DNA from: Balneolaceae bacterium
GTDB lineage: Bacteria > Bacteroidota > Rhodothermia > Balneolales > Balneolaceae
Direction of reading: 5' to 3'
NCBI GenBank assembly: GCA_007134085.1
Contig: SLLL01000038.1
Location: forward strand, 21,555-85,554
DNA: 64,000 nt
Shown: one piece after another, positions 39,498 through 49,153 of the stretch
How the letters are laid out: each line of letters starts with the position of its first letter
Numbering within the stretch: the first letter of the stretch is position 1
Notes under the pieces: generated by a model
What the model was told of the DNA's origin: nothing
The model's input: only the letters and a program-made list of their open reading frames with translations
The model's database searches: none
Position numbers and translations under genes: made by a program

Positions 39498-40766
39498 CTA
39501 CATCTTCTCTGTACCCATATACGGCTGCAGAACCTCCGGCACATTCACATCGCCGGCTTCGGTTTGATAGGTTTCCAAAATAGAGGCTACAATGCGTGGA
39601 AGGGCGAGTCCGCTTCCATTAAGCGTGTGCACCATTTCGGTTTTGCCCTTCTCATTTTTATACCGAAGCTGCATCCGCCGCGCCTGGAATGAGCCAAAAT
39701 TAGAACAGGAGCTAACTTCCAGCCATCGCTGCTGGCCGGGGCTCCACACTTCAAGATCGTATTTTTTGGTTTGGGTAAAACCCATATCGCCGGTGCACAT
39801 CAGTAGTGTGCGGTATGGCAGGTTTAGTTTTTCGAGGAGTGATTCGGCATATTCGCGAAGTGTTTCGAGCTCGGCATCGGAGTTGTCGGGATGTACAAAT
39901 TTTACCAGTTCCACCTTGTCGAACTGGTGCAGGCGGTTGAGCCCGCGTACATCTTTCCCATAACTACCCGCTTCGCGCCTCCAGCAGGGGGTGTAGGCCG
40001 TGTAGTAGATTGGCAGCTCATCCATGCTCAAAATTTCATCACGATGAAAATTGGTGACCGGAACTTCGGCAGTTGGGATGGCAAAAAAGCCATCGCGCGG
40101 AACGGTGTACATCATATCCTCCTTATCGGGAATCTGTCCGGTACCGCGGGCGGAATCTTCATTCACAAAATAGGGAGACTGAATTTCGGTGAAGCCATGC
40201 GCCACAGCTTCGTTCAGGAAAAAGTTAATGAGTGCCCGCTGCAGCCGCGCCATCTGCCCCACATAGAACGGAAAACCGGCTCCTGTTACTTTTGAGCCGC
40301 GGTCAAAATCGATCCACTTTTTCTCTGCCGCGATATCCCAGTGAGGAAGGAGCCAATCTTCTTTTACCGGCTCGCCCCAGGTTTTATAAACCTGATTATC
40401 CTCTTCGCTATGCCCCACCGGTACACTTTCATCCGGCACGTTGGGAATCTGATAGAGCAGATTATCCCGTTCGGCCTGCACTTCGGCGAGTGTGGATTCC
40501 AGCTCTTTTACTTTCTCTTTGTTATCGCCCGTCTCTTTGATGATTTTCTGAGCCTCTTCTCTTTTTCCCTGACCCATCAGCTCGCCAATCATCTTCGCTT
40601 TTTTGTTGCCTTCGGCCCGGAGCCTGTCTAACTGGGTGACCACACCACGCCACTGCTCATCCTTTTCGATGACAAGATCAACAACATCGGTGTTTTTCTC
40701 CCCTTTGTTCACCATCCCCTGCTTTACAAGAGCACTGTTTTCGCGAATAAAAGTAATATCAAGCAT
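39498..40766 (-). CDS. serS: Seryl-tRNA synthetase
   Basis: MLDI.FIREN, IPTAEVP, WRREAG..G.D, HQFDKVE, SSCSN, TLNGSGLA. Confidence 0.97.
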   Translation of the reverse strand: MLDITFIRENSALVKQGMVNKGEKNTDVVDLVIEKDEQWRGVVTQLDRLRAEGNKKAKMIGELMGQGKREEAQKIIKETGDNKEKVKELESTLAEVQAERDNLLYQIPNVPDESVPVGHSEEDNQVYKTWGEPVKEDWLLPHWDIAAEKKWIDFDRGSKVTGAGFPFYVGQMARLQRALINFFLNEAVAHGFTEIQSPYFVNEDSARGTGQIPDKEDMMYTVPRDGFFAIPTAEVPVTNFHRDEILSMDELPIYYTAYTPCWRREAGSYGKDVRGLNRLHQFDKVELVKFVHPDNSDAELETLREYAESLLEKLNLPYRTLLMCTGDMGFTQTKKYDLEVWSPGQQRWLEVSSCSNFGSFQARRMQLRYKNEKGKTEMVHTLNGSGLALPRIVASILETYQTEAGDVNVPEVLQPYMGTEKM

Positions 40767-40856
40767 AAATTTTCTTAGATCTCAAATAGTTAGGTTTTCA
40801 GCCTTCAAAGATACAAGTAGTTAACTCATCAATAAAGTTTTTTCGGAGGTGGATTG

Positions 40857-40986
40857 GTTTTTTGATTTGCGGGTTGACACTTAGTACACAATCCGTCGAT
40901 GTGACGTTCTGGGTTGATACATAGCATACAACCCCGTCGGTTCGAGCGCAATTCCGATGCAGTTCAATCGGGATGAAGTCGAGAAC
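40857..40986. repeat. Inverted pair of repeat units (copy 2 at 40933-40986 plus a degenerate inverted copy at 40857-40906) forming a long hairpin
   Basis: CCCGTCGGTTCGAGCGCAATTCCG...CGGGATGAAGTCGAGAAC matches 33608-33702. Central GGGTTG/CAACCC stem. Confidence 0.75.
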
Positions 40987-41095
40987 ACACACCCCATCAA
41001 AAAATCACGAAATAGTTCTCAAATACACCTGTTTATCTAACAAATTAAAGTTTATATTCAAATGAATTAGAAATTTTAGGCAGACTACCATAATT

Positions 41096-41575
41096 ATGAC
41101 CTATCAACTGGACGAAACAGACATCAAAATTCTTAACCATTTACAGGAAGATGGCCGGGCGCAGCGTAATACCATCGCTGAAATTGTGCATCTTTCCGTT
41201 CCTTCTGTATCTGAGCGAATGCGCAAACTAGAAGAAAAGGGGCTTATTGCCACGTATAACGCCATTCTTGATGCAAAGAAATTTAATTTTGATATAACTG
41301 CATTTATTTTCGTTGAGGTTGACAGCTCTGAGCGTTACCCCAACTTTATCGACAAAATTACCAAGCACCCTGAAGTGCTTGAGTGCCATTCTATTACCGG
41401 CGACGGCTCTCACATCCTGAAGGTTAGAACCAAAAATACCGAATCACTGGAGCGTTTTTTGTCTCTCATTCAAACATGGGATGGCGTTTCACGTACCCGT
41501 TCAAATATTGTACTTTCCACTTTTAAAGAGACCCGCAAGCTTGCCATTGAACGCAATGTTGAACTGAAAAAATAA
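41096..41575 (+). CDS. Lrp/AsnC family transcriptional regulator
   Basis: LDETDIKILNHLQEDGR HTH region; CHSITGDGSHILKV RAM domain. Confidence 0.93.
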   Translation: MTYQLDETDIKILNHLQEDGRAQRNTIAEIVHLSVPSVSERMRKLEEKGLIATYNAILDAKKFNFDITAFIFVEVDSSERYPNFIDKITKHPEVLECHSITGDGSHILKVRTKNTESLERFLSLIQTWDGVSRTRSNIVLSTFKETRKLAIERNVELKK

Positions 41576-41586
41576 TATCCGCCACT

Positions 41587-43080
41587 GTGCAGCTATTGCT
41601 TTCGCTACTTTTTTACTGGCTGATATTTATCCCAAACTCCGCAAACGAGCTAACCGACAGTAACAGTGCCGGCAACAGAATTGCCATTCATATAGATTCG
41701 GACAGCTCCTTTCCTAATGATGAACAGCTTCAACTTGCCCGCACTATCGGTGTAGATTTGATTGAAATTGAAGACCCAATACGGCTCAGTTCAACTGCAC
41801 TTGCTAACTTTTACATACTCCTCTCATCAGATAATAAATTTCTTACACCTCGGCAGATCACAGAAGATCGCGATCAGTTGATAAACCGTACGGTTCAGCG
41901 GTATAGCGGGTTCTCTTCTCAGATTCAAAACCGAATCGCGGCGGTAAGCATGTTAAAATATCCCGCTGATTTTGCGCATAATTTTGGCAGGGAACTCTCT
42001 TTTATTGGGGATTCACTATCTCAAACCCTGAGTAAACCGATCTATTATCAATCTGCTTTTGCTGAGCCGAGGCACTTTCCGCAGCCACTTGGGTTTATTT
42101 CTGTTTCTTATCACGTGAATAGTACGGATAGTTTGCCTTCAACCCCTGTAATACATTTCAATCCCAATCCTCAGGAGAACAGAAAATCAGTACAAAAACT
42201 TGAAGAAGTTCTGAATGCCTCTCTTGCCCATGAAACCAGTATCATTATTCTGCCGTCAGATTGGTTTTTCCAAACGTTAGATCTTCAGCCCGATCTTGCC
42301 ATTTTACTTACCGATCATGTTATCGGCAAGGAGGTTTTATTCCCATTACCGGCAAAGGATGCTCCCTCAATGGCTCCAAACTGGCATATCATATTGCTTT
42401 TTGTAATTTTTGTACTACTGCTTCTGCATTATAAGTATCAGCCGTTTTTCATCTCTTTTGCGGGGCGATATTTTTTCAATCACAGCTTTTTTATGGCTGA
42501 CCTTTTTGAAGGCCGGGTTCGAAGTAAATCATCAGGCTATGTGATTTTTGTGGTTCATGCACTCGCTACAGGCCTGTTATTCTACGTGGTTTCGCGTGTT
42601 CTGATCAGCCCAACAGGTTTTGCAGCACTTGAATATTATCTGCCCCATTTTTTCCTTGCCGGTTTTGAGCAATACACACTATTTATCACTGGCTTTTTAC
42701 TGGCGATACTCTCACATGGCATTTCTGTTTTTTGGCTTATACTCTTTAACAAAAAAATCACTCAGCTTACACAAGCCATTCATCTCTATTGTTGGCCACT
42801 CCTTATAAATATTATCCTGCTATTTTTGATAGTAGTTCTTGCTGAGACTCAATCTTCTCCATTGTTAATTCTCTCACTCTCAGCTATTTTCCTTGTTGTT
42901 TGGTTCTTCAGCTTTAATATTGCAGCTATAGACGGCAGCCGGCAACTGGATGGCAGCCCAATCTGGAATCTTGCATTAACGGTTGGCTTACATGCTGTTT
43001 TGATATTTTCTGCACTTTTTTCGGTGCTTTTGAACCCGGCACTTTTGGAGCCAATTCATCTGGTTTTAAACTTGCCGTAG
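41587..43080 (+). CDS. Membrane protein: signal peptide, periplasmic domain and C-terminal multi-TM region (DUF4271-like)
   Basis: GTG start; about six C-terminal TM helices. The family call is tentative. Confidence 0.65.
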   Translation: MQLLLSLLFYWLIFIPNSANELTDSNSAGNRIAIHIDSDSSFPNDEQLQLARTIGVDLIEIEDPIRLSSTALANFYILLSSDNKFLTPRQITEDRDQLINRTVQRYSGFSSQIQNRIAAVSMLKYPADFAHNFGRELSFIGDSLSQTLSKPIYYQSAFAEPRHFPQPLGFISVSYHVNSTDSLPSTPVIHFNPNPQENRKSVQKLEEVLNASLAHETSIIILPSDWFFQTLDLQPDLAILLTDHVIGKEVLFPLPAKDAPSMAPNWHIILLFVIFVLLLLHYKYQPFFISFAGRYFFNHSFFMADLFEGRVRSKSSGYVIFVVHALATGLLFYVVSRVLISPTGFAALEYYLPHFFLAGFEQYTLFITGFLLAILSHGISVFWLILFNKKITQLTQAIHLYCWPLLINIILLFLIVVLAETQSSPLLILSLSAIFLVVWFFSFNIAAIDGSRQLDGSPIWNLALTVGLHAVLIFSALFSVLLNPALLEPIHLVLNLP

Positions 43081-43099
43081 CAGCTGCTTATTCCTCAGG

Positions 43100-44608
43100 T
43101 TAAACAATCTGCTTTCGCAGCCTGGCAACAGGCAGGTTTAAACTCTCTCTATATTTACTAACGGTTCTCCTTGCAACCTTAAATCCCCGATCATTTAAAA
43201 TGTCGGTGAGTGCCTGATCGCTCAGCGGCTTCCTCTTATTTTCTTTTGAGATTACATCTTCAAGAATTTTTTTCACCTCCCTGCTCGATACATCCTCACC
43301 GCTCTCAGTTTCCAGCCCCTCAGTAAAAAAGTATTTAAGCTCGAAAACGCCAAAATTGGTCTGAACATATTTGCTGTTCACAACTCTTGAAACGGTTGAA
43401 ATATCCATCCCGATTCGCTCAGCGATATCTTTCAATATCATTGGCCTGAGGCCTTCACCATGCTTAAAAAACTCCTCTTGCAATGCCACAATGGTGCGCA
43501 TGGTTTTCATCAATGTTTGCTGCCTTTGGCGTATGGAATCAATAAACCACTGTGCCGATTCTACCTTCTCTTTGATAAATTTTTGCGCCTGATTGTTCTC
43601 ACCTTTCGGGGCCTTTTTCATGCTGTCCCACATCTGTTTGTATTCGGGTGATATTCTCAGCGGCGGAGTATTTCGCTGATTTAACCGAATTACAAATTCA
43701 CCATCGCTACTGTTTTCATCATCGTCAGATGGTTCAAACCACACTTCAAAATCGGGCTCAATAAAGTACCGGTTCTCCTCTTCCCTGCTGATTTCAGCAC
43801 CCGGCCGGGGATTCAAACTTTTAACCAGAGAGAAAACCCGCTTCAGGGTTTCATCATCAATATCGAGGCGTGTTTTAAGCTTTTCAAAATGTTTCTTTTC
43901 AAAAGCATCCCACTCATTTTCCAGCAAGTCTGCAGCTATCTCTCTGATGATGGGATCTCCTTCCGATTGTTTCACCTGGCATAGCAAGCAGTCTTGCAGG
44001 TCTTTTGATGCAATTCCCAGCGGATCAAGATGCTGAATTCGCTTACGAACGCTCTCCACCTGCTCTTTTTTCACCAGAATGCCGTGGTTAAATGCGATAT
44101 TATCCACCACAGCTTCGCTCTCACGCCGGAAGTAGCCATCCTCATCAAGCGAACCCAAAATCTGATCAGATATCAGCATCTCCTCATCGCTAAAGTTTAG
44201 GAGTGCCACCTGTTTTTCAAGCTCTTCAAGTAGTGATTCATGATAAGGGTTCGGAATATCCCGCCAGTCATCTTCTCCGGAGTAAGCAGAGTAGTTCACC
44301 CCGTCGTATTCCGTGTTGTGCATAAACGAATCCCAATCGATCTCTTCATTCTGGTCAACAGGATCAATATCGGGTTCATCTTCATCTCTCTCTTTCTTCT
44401 CCTCCCATTCAGGCTCTTCAAGATCGACTCTCTCTTCAAGGAACGGGTCGGCCTCTTCCAAAACCGGATTCATTTCCATCTCCTGCTTCACGCGCTGTTC
44501 AAGGCCGAGGGTAGGCAGCTGCAGCAATTTCACAAACTGAATCTGCTGTGGAGACAGTTTTTGCTGCAAGGCCTGCTTCTGCGATATGTTTTGACCTGTT
44601 TTAAGCAT
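43100..44608 (-). CDS. rpoN: RNA polymerase sigma-54 factor
   Basis: Gln-rich region I, DISTVSRVV HTH and RpoN box ARRTVSKYRE. Confidence 0.97.
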   Translation of the reverse strand: MLKTGQNISQKQALQQKLSPQQIQFVKLLQLPTLGLEQRVKQEMEMNPVLEEADPFLEERVDLEEPEWEEKKERDEDEPDIDPVDQNEEIDWDSFMHNTEYDGVNYSAYSGEDDWRDIPNPYHESLLEELEKQVALLNFSDEEMLISDQILGSLDEDGYFRRESEAVVDNIAFNHGILVKKEQVESVRKRIQHLDPLGIASKDLQDCLLCQVKQSEGDPIIREIAADLLENEWDAFEKKHFEKLKTRLDIDDETLKRVFSLVKSLNPRPGAEISREEENRYFIEPDFEVWFEPSDDDENSSDGEFVIRLNQRNTPPLRISPEYKQMWDSMKKAPKGENNQAQKFIKEKVESAQWFIDSIRQRQQTLMKTMRTIVALQEEFFKHGEGLRPMILKDIAERIGMDISTVSRVVNSKYVQTNFGVFELKYFFTEGLETESGEDVSSREVKKILEDVISKENKRKPLSDQALTDILNDRGFKVARRTVSKYRESLNLPVARLRKQIV

Positions 44609-45193
44609 CTACTTTTTTACGCCATTGCGCACTTCATCACACGCTTCCAAAAAATTGTTATACCACTGTTCGCCGTATCGTCTTACGAGGGAATCCTTTA
44701 AAAAATCAGCCAGATAAATACCCTCATCCTCGCCTCGTCTGCAACCAGCTGAGCAGAGCTCGGGGATGTACTCAAAATTAGCATAATCAAAACCGGCAAT
44801 ATGTTTCAGGCGAACCGGATAAAGGTGGCAGCTTATGGGCTTTTCCCATGTAAACCGGCCTTCATAATACGCACTCTGAATGGCGCAAGTTGCCACACCT
44901 GCATCATCTTTTTGAACAAAAATACATTCACCACTCTCAACACAAGTTATTTCATATCCGGATGATGAATCACCCTGAACCACTCCTTTCTCCTCTGCAA
45001 CTTTTACGGCTTCCGGATTGAGTTCACCTTTCAGTTCATTAAACGCTTTCCGTAGAACCGGAATCTCTTCTTTTACAACCGGTGCGCCGGCATCACCAAC
45101 CACACAGCACGCGCCTTTGCACCGTGTAAGGTTACAGGCAAACTTGGCAGTTGCAATATCTTCCGACAAAATAACATCGTGTACTCGTATCAT
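44609..45193 (-). CDS. DUF3109 family Cys-rich protein
   Basis: FACNL..CKGACCV.GDAGAP, KPISCHLYP; abuts the rpoN start. Confidence 0.9.
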   Translation of the reverse strand: MIRVHDVILSEDIATAKFACNLTRCKGACCVVGDAGAPVVKEEIPVLRKAFNELKGELNPEAVKVAEEKGVVQGDSSSGYEITCVESGECIFVQKDDAGVATCAIQSAYYEGRFTWEKPISCHLYPVRLKHIAGFDYANFEYIPELCSAGCRRGEDEGIYLADFLKDSLVRRYGEQWYNNFLEACDEVRNGVKK

Positions 45194-45332
45194 AATTTCA
45201 CTTCAAAAATAACCCTATAATCGTTCGTATAAAAACAGTGCAATAAGGCAATCGAGGTAAAAACCACGAAATTAAACCTCTAATATCTTTTTGTGAGAAG
45301 AACAACAATTAACGTTTTCCCGGAGGCTGATA

Positions 45333-46457
45333 TCAAACCAGCTCAAAATACTTACCGGCTTTTTGCCTCACAGCTCCCTGCATCTCAAGATCTAAGAGTA
45401 GCGGCAAAAGTTTAAACGTTGGGCTCCCCAGTTTCCCACTGATTTGGTCGATGTGCAGTTCACCCTCGGCAAGAAGTTTACAAATAGTTTCCAACTCACT
45501 GTTAAGCTCAAGGCTTTCCCACTTCTTGGCTGTTTGAACTGCTTTTTGAGCCTGAACTTCATTCGTGGTAATAGATACCTCTTCAAGAATATCATCCAGC
45601 CTTTGAACCAGTTTGCCCTGCCCCATTTTTATGAGATAGTTACACCCCTCGCCCCTGGCATAATCAAGCTGATGGGGTACAACAAACACTTCCCGGTTTT
45701 GGTCGAGGGCATATCTTGCTGTAATCATACTGCCGCCTTTTATTCCGCTTTCTACAACAAGCACTCCATGGCTCATGCCGCTTACAATTCGGTTCCTGGC
45801 GGGGAAATTAACCGCATCAGGTGGTGAGCCGGGAGGATATTCTGTGATAACTGCGCCACCATTTTCAGCCATCTGGCGGGCAATGTTACTGTTTTTCGCA
45901 GGATAAATCACATCAATACCGGAGCCCAAAACTGCCACGGTTTTCCCGCCTGATTGCAGGGCTGTTTTGTGTGCAATGGCATCAACACCGTATGCTAGCC
46001 CGCTGTTAACAGTAATTCCGGTTTCGGCCAACTGTTTTGCCCAAACAGCCGTTTGCTGCATACCGTAAGTTCCCGGCCTTCTTGTGCCAATGATAGCTAC
46101 ACCATCACTGTTTAAAACCGATTTATCCCCTTTTACCCACAAAAGTATGGGTGGATCATAAATCTGTCTCAACATCCTTGGGTACTCTTCATCATCAACA
46201 GCAACCAGATCGGCACCGGCTTTTTCGGTTTTCTCGAGAATAGCATCAACCTCATTCCAGCCATCAAACGTTACAATATTTCTGGCTACATGTTCGCCGA
46301 AGCCGTCAATCTTTAGAAAGTCATGCACTTTCAGGTTGAATAGTTCTGCAGCATCACTCACGCCGGTTTTGTGAAGCAGCTGTTTGATGCGCCTAAGCCC
46401 CATATCGGGTACGGATTGCAGCGCGAGTAACGCCCTATAGTGACTCCTCCTCTTCAA
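45333..46457 (-). CDS. dprA: DNA-processing protein DprA
   Basis: AIIGTR, SGLAYGVDAIAH, VLGSGID, FPARNRIVSG, ESGIKGGS..TA; C-terminal winged helix. Confidence 0.95.
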   Translation of the reverse strand: MKRRSHYRALLALQSVPDMGLRRIKQLLHKTGVSDAAELFNLKVHDFLKIDGFGEHVARNIVTFDGWNEVDAILEKTEKAGADLVAVDDEEYPRMLRQIYDPPILLWVKGDKSVLNSDGVAIIGTRRPGTYGMQQTAVWAKQLAETGITVNSGLAYGVDAIAHKTALQSGGKTVAVLGSGIDVIYPAKNSNIARQMAENGGAVITEYPPGSPPDAVNFPARNRIVSGMSHGVLVVESGIKGGSMITARYALDQNREVFVVPHQLDYARGEGCNYLIKMGQGKLVQRLDDILEEVSITTNEVQAQKAVQTAKKWESLELNSELETICKLLAEGELHIDQISGKLGSPTFKLLPLLLDLEMQGAVRQKAGKYFELV

Positions 46458-47433
46458 ACCCCTGTAGTTTCTCCCAGATTTTTTCTTTCAGTTGATCAAT
46501 ATTGTGCCCGGTAGCTGATGAAATTTCAATCACTTCTACGTTGTCATCAAAAACAACGGGCTCTTCAAATTTGTAGCCAGGCACAAGGTCCATTTTGGTG
46601 ATGGCCAGCAGGCGTGGCTTATCAAGCAGGTCAGCCCTGTACTCTCTGAGTTCGTGTAAGAGGGCATCATATTCCGCCTGAATATCTGTATCTGCGGCTA
46701 CCATAAAGAGCAGCAGTTTGTTGCGTTCAATATGCCGCAGAAACTGCAGGCCGAGCCCTTTCCCTTCGTGGGCATCCTCAATTATTCCGGGAATATCTGC
46801 CATTACAAAACTGCGATAGTCAGAAAAAGTTACCACTCCAAGATTTGGCTCAAGTGTGGTGAAGGGATAGTCGGCAATTTTTGGCCGTGCCTCACTCAAT
46901 GCACTCAGAAGTGTACTTTTTCCCGCATTTGGAAAGCCAACAAGGCCTATATCTGCAATCAGTTTCAGTTCCAGCTCTACAACCCTCTCTTCGCCCTCCT
47001 CGCCTTCCTGATAGTGCTGTGGTGTTTGGTTGGTTGCACTCCTGAAATGCCAGTTCCCAAGGCCTCCTTTACCACCATGGGCAATGATTACTTCTTCTCC
47101 AGCATCCGTGATTTCGCCGAGACGCTCTTTGGTTTCGGCATCGTAAACAACGGTTCCGAGTGGCACTTCAAGAATTTCGGGCTCACCATCTTTGCCTGTT
47201 TTTCTGGCACTGCCGCCATGTTTTCCATGCTTGGCTTTTATGAATTTTCGGTACCGAAGATCAAGGAGCGTGTTTAACTGTGGATTTCCCCTCAACACCA
47301 CATCACCACCTTTACCCCCGTCGCCGCCGTCCGGCCCTCCACGGGGTACGTATTTCTCTCTTCTGAAATGCGCCATTCCGCTGCCGCCATTTCCGGCTGT
47401 AACATAAATTTTTGCGTAGTCAGCGAATCTCAT
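46435..47433 (-). CDS. obgE: GTPase ObgE
   Basis: Gly-rich Obg fold, GFPNAGKS, YPFTT, DIPG, TKMD. Confidence 0.97.
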   Translation of the reverse strand: MRFADYAKIYVTAGNGGSGMAHFRREKYVPRGGPDGGDGGKGGDVVLRGNPQLNTLLDLRYRKFIKAKHGKHGGSARKTGKDGEPEILEVPLGTVVYDAETKERLGEITDAGEEVIIAHGGKGGLGNWHFRSATNQTPQHYQEGEEGEERVVELELKLIADIGLVGFPNAGKSTLLSALSEARPKIADYPFTTLEPNLGVVTFSDYRSFVMADIPGIIEDAHEGKGLGLQFLRHIERNKLLLFMVAADTDIQAEYDALLHELREYRADLLDKPRLLAITKMDLVPGYKFEEPVVFDDNVEVIEISSATGHNIDQLKEKIWEKLQGFEEEESL

Positions 47434-47544
47434 GATGGATTATTTATCAAATTGAATGTTACGGACAATCCAGGTTTGTGCCCTCTTTACGAACTGAGTC
47501 TGTTCTTTAAAATGCTTTTTCTTATAAAAAGCTAAAATCTGCCT

Positions 47545-48396
47545 CTACTCCTTCCCTTTATTTTCGAGAATCTTCAGCAGCCGCGAAAGTTTTCGCTTCA
47601 ATTTTGGCCTTTTTACAATGAAATCGAGAAAACCGTGTTCCAGAAGGTACTCTGATGTTTGAAAACCCTCGGGCAGATCCCTTCCAATGGTTTGGCGAAT
47701 AACCCTCGGGCCTGCAAACCCAATCAATGCCCCCGGCTCAGCGATGTTAAAATCACCAAGCATTGCATAACTGGCAGTTACACCACCTGTGGTTGGGTTG
47801 GTCATAAGTGAGATGTATGGCACATTTTCCTTATCAAGGAGGGCAAGCTTTGCAGAGGTTTTTGCCATCTGCATCAGGCTGAAAACGCTCTCCATCATCC
47901 GTGCGCCACCTGACTGTGAAATAATAACCAGCGGGAACTTTTTCTCTCTTGCGTGATCTATCGCCATACTAAGCCTTTCACCCACAACAGCACCCATACT
48001 GCCACCGATGAATGCAAAATCCATACAGGCGATAACGATATCACGTTTATCCAATTTTCCAACTCCAACACGGCACGCATCAGAAAGCCCTGATTTTGCC
48101 TGTGTCTGTTTTAACCTTTCGGAGTATTTTTTTCTGTCGGCAAATTCGAGTGGATCGGTAGGTAGAATGTCATCCGCAATCTCGGTGAATTTTCCTTCAT
48201 CAAACAAAAATGAGAAATACTCTTTACTCCCAATTCTGAAGTGATAACCGCTTAATGGATCTACCCAAACATTTTCTTCCAGTTCGCGCCGGTGAATGGT
48301 TTCTCCAGTAGTTGGAACCTTAATCCAGATTCCTTCCGGCATATCTTTTTTCTTATCGGTTTGAATGTTGGTGTCTTTTCTTTTAAACCACGACAT
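47545..48396 (-). CDS. accD: Acetyl-CoA carboxylase carboxyltransferase beta subunit
   Basis: DFAFIGGSMG, SGGARMME, PTTGGVTAS, IGFAGPRVI. Confidence 0.95.
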   Translation of the reverse strand: MSWFKRKDTNIQTDKKKDMPEGIWIKVPTTGETIHRRELEENVWVDPLSGYHFRIGSKEYFSFLFDEGKFTEIADDILPTDPLEFADRKKYSERLKQTQAKSGLSDACRVGVGKLDKRDIVIACMDFAFIGGSMGAVVGERLSMAIDHAREKKFPLVIISQSGGARMMESVFSLMQMAKTSAKLALLDKENVPYISLMTNPTTGGVTASYAMLGDFNIAEPGALIGFAGPRVIRQTIGRDLPEGFQTSEYLLEHGFLDFIVKRPKLKRKLSRLLKILENKGKE

Positions 48397-48457
48397 ATTC
48401 GATCATTAATTTATTTGTGATGGCAAAAAATAACGAATTAAGCCCTAAGCAAAAATC

Positions 48458-49153
48458 TTATTTCCCGATGGCAGTATTATTTATCTGTGCCATTGTAAGA
48501 TAATCCGGCTCAAAACTCTCCACATTTTGTTCGGTAAACAGGGCTTTAAATGCAGAGTTATTCCACGCATGAATCAGATTTTTTGCACTAATCGCTTCCG
48601 TGCCGGCTTTTTCTACCTTATCAGCATTTTGCAATTGCAACCTCTCCCAACCGGTTCCTACAATACTTTCACCGGGTTTGATTTCAGCTGCTAAATCAGC
48701 CAGTTCCTTAACCACAGGCTCAGAAATGGCCAATTCCCCACTTTCTGCCAGTTCAACTTTTTGATGATAGAGATGCTGCCTTCGCGCATCGATAACTGCA
48801 TGAACAGTTGACCCTTGCTGGCTGATTTTTACAGCCGAAAAACTGACAAGAGAAGACAGTGTAAAAAGCGGCACATTCTGGCCAAAAAGCAACCCTTTAA
48901 TTGCTGCTGCCCCAATACGCAGCCCGGTGTAAGAACCAGGGCCGTTGCTGAACAAAACCGCCTCAAGGCCATTTATTCTGAGATTATGCCGCTCAAGCAG
49001 CTCATTGATAAACACAAATGTACGTTCAGAGTGCACACCCCTTCCTTCAATTCTTTTTTCGATAACACTTCCTGGCTTACCAAGGGCTACGGAACAGACG
49101 GGTGTTGATGTTTCAATTGCTAAAATCATCGGTCTGGAAGCTCTATGAACCAT
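48458..49153 (-). CDS. tsaB: tRNA t6A biosynthesis protein TsaB
   Basis: ILAIETST..CSVA, HSE, GPGSYTGLRIG, IDARR. Confidence 0.94.
   Translation of the reverse strand: MVHRASRPMILAIETSTPVCSVALGKPGSVIEKRIEGRGVHSERTFVFINELLERHNLRINGLEAVLFSNGPGSYTGLRIGAAAIKGLLFGQNVPLFTLSSLVSFSAVKISQQGSTVHAVIDARRQHLYHQKVELAESGELAISEPVVKELADLAAEIKPGESIVGTGWERLQLQNADKVEKAGTEAISAKNLIHAWNNSAFKALFTEQNVESFEPDYLTMAQINNTAIGK

Noticed and set aside
40798-40992. 64-aa ORF upstream of serS
   Set aside because: Lies entirely on the inverted-repeat element; most likely a chance frame.
40845-40995. Annotating the hairpin as 6S RNA (ssrS)
   Set aside because: The right arm is a near-exact copy of the repeat at 33608-33702, so a repeat doublet explains the structure. 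Kept only as a finding to test.
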